Source of the DNA: Candidatus Pelearchaeum maunauluense
GTDB taxonomy: Archaea; Thermoproteota; Nitrososphaeria_A; Caldarchaeales; Caldarchaeaceae
NCBI GenBank assembly: GCA_030059675.1
Contig: JANVYQ010000002.1
Location: forward strand, 18,260 to 82,259
Length of the DNA: 64,000 nt
Direction: 5' to 3'
Part shown: positions 58,440 to 64,000 of the stretch, one piece after another
Position numbering within the stretch: the stretch's first letter is position 1
Layout: each line of letters opens with the position of its first letter
Translations under genes and position numbers: made by a program
Notes under the pieces: generated by a model
What the model was told of the DNA's origin: nothing
Seen by the model: the letters and a program-made list of their open reading frames with translations, nothing else
Database searches by the model: none

Positions 58440-58930
58440 GGAACTAGCTGGCAGATGACACTCGGCAGAAGGATAGCAGTATTTCCATCACCTGTCCAGG
58501 TTCTCCTCCCGTGTCTTCTCCAGGATACCCTCTACGCTGCCCCGTTCACCGCGTGCTCCAGGCATAGTTAAGCCCTTCACCGCACGCTCCAGGAAACAGT
58601 GTAGAAGTATCCGTTCACCGAAGACATGGGAGGATATCGGCCGTCATCTAGGTTCTGCATGCGGAGTATTGGCTCCGGGCCGGAACAGCCCTAGAAGCAC
58701 CCTTCACTACTTGGCTCCTGGAGTCTAGCTAAACCTCCTTTCACCACCAAGCTCCAGGCAACCCCTAGAGCTGACCAACCCTTCACCACCAATACACCCA
58801 CATGCAGCTCACCCATCAGGCCGACCTCCGTGAGGCTCAGGCTAAAACTCCCTTGAACATCAGGCGGAAGCCTAAGCCCCCGAGGCTCGGCACCATAACC
58901 CGACCACCCTCCGCCCGGACTCAAATAACT
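58440..58930. repeat. GC-rich degenerate tandem repeats (~35-45 nt units, core CCCTTCACCNCNNGCTCCAGG on + strand), noncoding
   Basis: At least six copies with irregular spacing (31-89 nt) and out of phase with any reading frame. Only short low-complexity ORFs overlap. Confidence 0.5.
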
Positions 58931-58997
58931 ATCCGGGCGTCACCCTATTTCAGGTGAGGACAGGAAAGAGAGAGGCTGGGCCGGTCGGGCTACTTAA

Positions 58998-59366
58998 CTA
59001 AACATAATATTCTATTGCTCTAACTGGTTCTAGCTTTCTTGTTATCGGATTTACTCTCAGCCCTAGAGTCTCTAACGTTGTTACGCCTATCAATGGTTTT
59101 TCGTTTTCGTCCGAGAAAGTTACTAGAACTGGTCTCCTGGTGTTGTTTATCTCTATATCCGCTAGGCCTGCGCCTCTGCTTATAACTCTTCCATCAGCAA
59201 GCTCAACCTCAACCTCGTACCTCTTCTCTATCCCAACGAGCTCGGTGACTTCCTTAGGAACCTTAGTAAAGGTCGCACCAGTATCGGCTACACCATCAAG
59301 CTCGTAAGAACACTTAGGCCCGTGTATTCTGAAGCGGACAAGCACCTCTCCCATGCTACCTCTCAC
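58998..59366 (-). CDS. retropepsin-like (clan AA) aspartic protease domain protein
   Basis: 122 aa with the DTG active-site motif (GVADTGATFTKVP) and flap-like topology, typical of the archaeal and bacterial retroviral-type aspartyl protease family. Confidence 0.65.
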   Translation of the reverse strand: MRGSMGEVLVRFRIHGPKCSYELDGVADTGATFTKVPKEVTELVGIEKRYEVEVELADGRVISRGAGLADIEINNTRRPVLVTFSDENEKPLIGVTTLETLGLRVNPITRKLEPVRAIEYYV

Positions 59367-59379
59367 CTATATTTTCTTT

Positions 59380-59728
59380 ACATAAGAATCTCTTTAGCTT
59401 GTCTATGAAGGCCTGAACTATTTCTGTCCCTCTCCTAACGAAGTCATCGCTAAGCCAGCCTTCATAGGAGTTCGTAGAGGCTGTTAGCTACGTGAAATGC
59501 GTCTACAAGCCCTTGCTCTGGATTCTCCCTATCAAGCTGTGAGACAAATTGGAATAGGCTTGCGTGAGTCCCCAGCGATATGCCCTTAGACGCGGCGACA
59601 GCCTTAACTGCTTCAACAACGGCTAACCAAAGCTTCCCCGACGCCTGCGCATAATCTCCATTCCTCAACATCTCCTCAGCCTCCCTGAGGAGCTTGCCGC
59701 TAAGCTTAAGACGTTCATTAACGCTCAA
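59380..59728 (-). pseudogene. PaREP1-family (HEPN-like) domain copy lacking the RHH module, frameshifted near 59465
   Basis: ORF 59462..59728 carries ...GDYAQASGKLWLAVVEAVKAVAASKG...HVANSLYELL*. The family continuation YEGWLSDDFVRRGTEIVQAFIDKLKRFL follows in the -1 frame. Confidence 0.55.
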
Positions 59729-60204
59729 AGACCTTCCGAAATCAATTTACTTAGCAACCCCTATATACACATGACGCCAGCCAAAGGCGATACGCCCACT
59801 CTTTGCATCATGCGGAGAAGAGGCAGGCCATTGATTACTGCTGTGTTAACAATAAAGCCGGGCGGAAGGCGCAGTATGCTGTAGGTCATCTAGACCCCCT
59901 CCTCAACTCCCATCACCCAGACATAGGGTCTTTTGTTTTGTCTGGGTGGGCCGGCCACTCTACCCCTCCCAGCCACCCACCCCCAGCATGGATGGCTTCT
60001 AGGGGCTATGGGCAGGCCGGACCAGCCCGCCAGGCCCATTAAGGCACGCCAATTAGGCGCCTGGGGCGGCTCTTATGAATCATCCCCGAAGAAGCCCCAC
60101 CCCCTCCGTCGCCGGAGAAGGCCACGCTCAGGACCCAAGCGTGTTTAAAGGGGCTCTTAATCGGGGACTCATGGTCCCAAATGGCTCACAGACAAACCTG
60201 CTTA

Positions 60205-60345
60205 TCCAAGTAACTTGAGAAGAAACCTGACCAGAAACTTGAGAACTAACTTGAGCAGAAACCTGAAACCAGCTGAGAAGGCTGTTTAAGCAGTAAAGGT
60301 ACTGGTCAAGTTTTTACTCAAGTTTCTACTCAAGTTACTTTTATA
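60205..60345. repeat. inverted set of short iteron-like repeats (3x AACTTGAG ... 3x CTCAAGTT) ending in TTTTATAA
   Basis: aacttgagaagaaacctgaccagaaacttgagaactaacttgagcag and ggtcaagtttttactcaagtttctactcaagttacttttataa. A related direct set lies at 61310..61368 (ctcaagtatctattcaagtttcttctcaagtttttggtcaagttatttttataa). Confidence 0.5.
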
Positions 60346-60676
60346 AACCAGTTCTCCATACGAGCCGGACACGAGTTGGTTCTTAGGCTAAATCATATAG
60401 TTTTCATGAGTGATGTTATCTTGCTTAGTAAAGAAAATATATAGACCGCACAAAGCTTATCAGCTGATAATTTTCCTCCTTATATTAATCCTGCCCTTAA
60501 GCTATTACGCGCTTAATCTAAATGTTGTGGTCTGAGATTAGGCTAGGGTTATTATGGAAGGGCTGTCTTCTATGACGTGTAGAGCTCAATTTCGCCCCCT
60601 AAACCGAGGCAGACAATACGGTGAGCGAAGCTTATAAGACCTATAGAAATCGGATTAAGGGCGAAGAGCGATATTA

Positions 60677-60889
60677 TTATATTGTTCCGGCAGTTATTTC
60701 CGCTAACTGTTTTAGTATTCCCCTCTTCTTTGCATTCCACACTTCTATTCCCATAACCATACCTCTATCGTCCCTCTCAACTATTATCCCATCCTCTAAC
60801 TCTTCAACCGACTCAGAAGGCCCGTCCCTCAAGTGAATGTATAGAATATCATTCTCATGATCGTAGCTAAATCTCAAGCCCTCACCCAA
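60677..60889 (-). CDS. DUF2283-family small protein (antitoxin-like partner of DUF4258)
   Basis: FSYDHENDILYIHLRDGPSESVEELEDGIIVERDDRGMVMGIEVWNA matches the DUF2283 pattern (YD.e.D.lyI ... G.ivGIEi.nA). Confidence 0.6.
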   Translation of the reverse strand: MGEGLRFSYDHENDILYIHLRDGPSESVEELEDGIIVERDDRGMVMGIEVWNAKKRGILKQLAEITAGTI

Positions 60890-61152
60890 ACACCCCTATC
60901 CACCTTTCTTCTTATAAGCTTATCTACGCTCGACGAGTAATAAACTGTCACAATTCTCACCATATCATCCCTTCTAGTAAAGACTATTACCAACATTCTC
61001 TGCCCTATAATCCCTATAGCTACCAATGTATCAGATTCAACGTCGCGGAATAGCATGTTAGGCCTACTAATAATTTGCAAGACGTCATTCATATCAACTC
61101 TTCTTACCCGTATCTTCTCCTCAGCATGCCTAGTTAGCTCAATCCTAACCAA
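60874..61152 (-). CDS. DUF4258-family small protein (RelE/ParE-superfamily toxin-like)
   Basis: ...HAEEKIRVRRVDMNDVLQII...GQRMLVIVFTRRDDMVRIVTVYY matches the DUF4258 pattern. Overlaps the DUF2283 gene by 16 nt in operon fashion. Confidence 0.6.
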   Translation of the reverse strand: MVRIELTRHAEEKIRVRRVDMNDVLQIISRPNMLFRDVESDTLVAIGIIGQRMLVIVFTRRDDMVRIVTVYYSSSVDKLIRRKVDRGVWVRA

Positions 61153-61619
61153 GCTATTAAAACAAACTTTGCCGATTAATTAAACATGCGAAGGATACTA
61201 AATTAATACCCTAGTCCTTGATTTTTAGAGTAAATAAGAGACCTGGGTTATAAGCAAATACACCACATACGGATTAAGAGCTAACTATTAATAATTGCGT
61301 TATTCTCCGGCTCAAGTATCTATTCAAGTTTCTTCTCAAGTTTTTGGTCAAGTTATTTTTATAAGCAGGTATTTTGTGTCTGTTTCTTTATATTTTTCAA
61401 TGCATAGGTCTTTTAGGGGGGTACATATTAGGTAGACCATAGGCTACTTGTAGTTGTTAGCAACGTGAGAATCGTGTGAGCGAGCTTTTTATCCTTATTT
61501 AATTAATTTCCTTTAAGGGGTAAGGGGATGGGGTTTGATTGTTCTTTTTGGGTATCGAAGGCGAGAGAGTCGGGATATCCTGTGTGAGGAGGATCTTGTG
61601 TTGATTATTTGAAGGAGAG

Positions 61620-61943
61620 TTGTGTGTAAAGAAACCTTCAGAGGCAAAGGAGGAAATCGTCTATACGCCTGCACCACAGCCTACCGAAAAAGCTGTGAAG
61701 GAAAAGAAAGAAGAAAAAACTGCTTTTGAAGAATACACAAGAATATATCTTAAATTAAATGTTCCCATAGGGCAAATATCTACTATTGCCAAAATTGTAA
61801 ACTACTTGAATGGCTTGTTCAAAGAATGTAAAGTGAGAATTGAGATAACTGCGCAAAACGGAAAAATTAGGGCTACTGATTACGAAAACAAAATAGAAGA
61901 AGCTCTAAGACAGGCGGGGGTTGATGTTGAAAGTAAAGAATGA
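61620..61943 (+). CDS. hypothetical protein
   Basis: 107-aa ORF in a low-GC segment downstream of iteron-like repeats followed by TTTTTATAA. Confidence 0.35.
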   Translation: MCVKKPSEAKEEIVYTPAPQPTEKAVKEKKEEKTAFEEYTRIYLKLNVPIGQISTIAKIVNYLNGLFKECKVRIEITAQNGKIRATDYENKIEEALRQAGVDVESKE

Positions 61944-63130
61944 AATTGCCGCTTGCCTAACAGCAGTTGTCCGAAATTGCAGGCGACAAGCTTGTAAATG
62001 TCAAAAAGGATTTAATACGAGAAGGATATTGTCCTAAACGTGATGGGAGGCTATAAAAATGAAGGTAGTTTCATTTACTTTTTGTAGGTTCGCTTGTATA
62101 TTTGCTGTATAACAAGACAATTTTAGGAAAGAATTTTACTCTATTTCCATTTAGGAAAATAATTCGTAAAAAATACTTAGAACAAATTAATAGACGATGA
62201 ATGGAGAGAATAATACGAGCACGTCGCACAACAAGCGGGTATCTGCCTTTGCTCACTTCGTTCGTTCCAAATTTGCAAGCTTTAATCAATTCTCGTGTTA
62301 GGTATATGCGTTCAGAAGACTTAAAAGCCTAATAGTCAGATTAATACTAAAGTTAAAGCTGAGATGGTAAAATGATCAAAGTTATCAGAAAAGGTAGAGT
62401 TTTAGAGAAAGTGCTTGCAAGAACGCCAAAAGAAGCAGCCTCCAAAATCTTAGGGATTAACCCAGCTAAGCTGAAGCTCATCAAGAAAACTGAGAGGGAT
62501 GACTATGTTTTGGATTCGAAGGGGAAAAATTGAAGTTTGGGAAGTTTTGCCTGCTGTGTGGGATTATGATATTGGACCAATAGCTCGATCCGTTTGACTA
62601 GAGATACCAGACCCAGAGACTAGGTCGAACCCCAAAAACCCGATCGCGTTCGTAGTTGGTGTCGTGGGTGCTCTGCTAAGAAGTATTCGGTTCCCTCCGT
62701 TTAGATTTCCTTAACAAGCTAACTACTTTACGAACTTGCTGAGGAGGATAAATGCAGACTCCAGCTTTCGATTTTGTCTGAGCATCGACCGCAGTAGGGG
62801 TGCGGGTGGAGCTGTATGCACATGGTTTGATCTTATAAGGCAATTCTTGATCACGCAATTCCGAAGAAATCGAGAAAAAATCGTGAACATAATTGCAAGT
62901 AGAATCGATGATACGGCAAAAGGAGAGCTTAGCAAGAAGCACGAATATTCAAGGGCAAAGAACGATAAGAGAAGTGGAGGTTGTATTGAAAGATGAGATA
63001 ATAGATAAGAAAGAGTATCAGGAAGACATGAGACTGAGAAGCTTAGCCCTTAATTTAAACATGGAGAAAGAGTAAAAGCCAGCGATCTTGCAGATGTTGT
63101 TCTTAAAATCATCAAGGACCCATTGAGCGA

Positions 63131-63352
63131 TTGAACGGTGTTGTTACTGATATTGCGAGAAAGCTTGGTTATACACCTTCCACTACTACTAACACTAGAC
63201 GTATGGGAGCATACGAGGCTGGGCGTATTGCCCCCTCGGCTCAGGCCTACTACCTCCAGTACAAGAACGACAGAGCAAGCTACGTTGACACTTGGTGGGT
63301 ACTGGTCAACTGGGACGATGTCGACAAGCGCTTCTCCAAGGCTAAAGCCTAA
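63131..63352 (+). pseudogene. duplicated 3' fragment of sod (includes the same 32-nt insertion, 63213..63244)
   Basis: 63180..63285 is identical to 57228..57333. Downstream it encodes [24 protein letters not shown], a diverged version of the sod C-terminus, followed by a similar 3' flank. Confidence 0.75.
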
Positions 63353-63425
63353 TTAAGTTCCCCGCACATATATTATATCCCAAATTTTATTTTTTTAAAA
63401 TATAGGAAGAAGTCTTCTCACAAAT

Positions 63426-63851
63426 CTAGACAATTCCTAATCTTTTTTCGAAGTCTTTCGCTTTCTGTTTTACTTCATAAAACTCTGTAACATCTTGCCA
63501 TGATAATATGCGAAATACATGCTTTAACTCGTGAAAAGATCCTTCAATCCAACGTTTCGCTTCCTCGATTTGGTCGTTGGTAGTTACTAAAACTGGGATA
63601 CTATTCCATAAATCAAATGCATGTTTTAACTTGCTCAAAGCTTCAAATATGTTTCCGCCTATTTGAACTTCAAATGCTACGCTCGGCATACTTTTCGGTG
63701 TTCTCCTCCAGATAACGTCTATTCTCTTGTTCTCTATAGTATACTCCGTCGCAGGAAAGCGATTCTGTATTTCCCCTATTTGGTATACGATTTTCTTTAT
63801 TAAATCATGATCAGGTTTTTGAACTACTATCCTTTCATTTTTAGCACGCAA
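63426..63851 (-). CDS. hypothetical protein, possibly PD-(D/E)xK nuclease-like
   Basis: 141-aa ORF in an AT-rich segment. The IDVIW...VAFEVQIGG pattern is only weakly suggestive. Confidence 0.3.
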   Translation of the reverse strand: MRAKNERIVVQKPDHDLIKKIVYQIGEIQNRFPATEYTIENKRIDVIWRRTPKSMPSVAFEVQIGGNIFEALSKLKHAFDLWNSIPVLVTTNDQIEEAKRWIEGSFHELKHVFRILSWQDVTEFYEVKQKAKDFEKRLGIV

Positions 63852-64000
63852 TATGTCAATAGTTTTCTTAACAGCATTATACTGTCCTTGGATGTTTTCA
63901 TCAACAAGTATTATAGACCATCTGTCAAACTTTTGACGGAAGATCTTGATTCCTAATGAGGCTAGTTCATCTTTGCGGATGGGTTCTATGTAGTCAAGCT

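Noticed and set aside
58440-58930. Possible CRISPR array suggested by the recurring ~20-nt core
   Set aside because: Repeat copies are degenerate, spacing is irregular (31-89 nt), and there is no conserved repeat length or unique spacers, so it does not fit CRISPR architecture.
1-64000. tRNA genes, rRNA genes and CRISPR arrays
   Set aside because: Visual scanning of intergenic regions found no cloverleaf-compatible 70-90-nt segments or regular repeat-spacer arrays. This is not exhaustive without tRNAscan or cmsearch.

Overview
This window is a chromosomal segment from a GC-rich crenarchaeon, probably Thermoproteales (Pyrobaculum/Thermoproteus-like). I infer that from three things: tandem PaREP1-family paralogs, a homopolymer-tract frameshift in a core gene, and archaeal gene clusters with leaderless TATA-proximal starts. 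The first ~42 kb are dense, conserved housekeeping genes: ribosomal proteins (S13, S3Ae, L15e, S15, S6e, S24e, S27ae, L24e, S28e, L7Ae, S2, S9, L13, L18e); RNase P proteins Rpp30 and Pop5; TatC with two TatA copies; KEOPS subunits Pcc1, Kae1 and Bud32; aIF5B; the aIF2gamma-PIN-RpoE-Spt4-DUF359 cluster; NDK; GluRS; the mevalonate-pathway trio IDI2, IPK and MVK; MEMO-like; enolase; RpoN and RpoD; HesB; two Bcp peroxiredoxins; EndoIII; an Lhr helicase with an MPE phosphoesterase; and pyruvate:ferredoxin oxidoreductase porGDA. From ~41.9 kb to the end the window turns into an accessory, decaying region. It holds a split GT2 gene (porB missing), an acylphosphatase fused to a Phe-rich heptad-repeat protein carrying a perfect 105-nt tandem duplication, and a tandem array of five RHH-PaREP1(HEPN-like) paralogs (one frameshifted) interleaved with gene fragments. 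It also holds an IS6-family element with 8-bp target duplications sitting on the Shine-Dalgarno of an NRAMP-like transporter gene, and a graveyard of fragments (P-type ATPase N-terminus, GT4, frameshifted DPM-like GT2). Finally there is a sod gene with an exact 32-nt insertion, followed by a ~5.8 kb mosaic block. That block (two HNH endonucleases, GC-rich degenerate repeats, an aspartic protease, a DUF4258/DUF2283 pair, iteron-like repeats) is bracketed by a second copy of the sod 3' end, which looks like attL/attR of an integrated element. Several conserved genes (ArsR-like, Rpp30, Bud32) have conserved N-terminal coding sequence but no in-frame ATG/GTG/TTG. porG needs a -1 shift in a GGGG run. 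No tRNA, rRNA or CRISPR array was identified.
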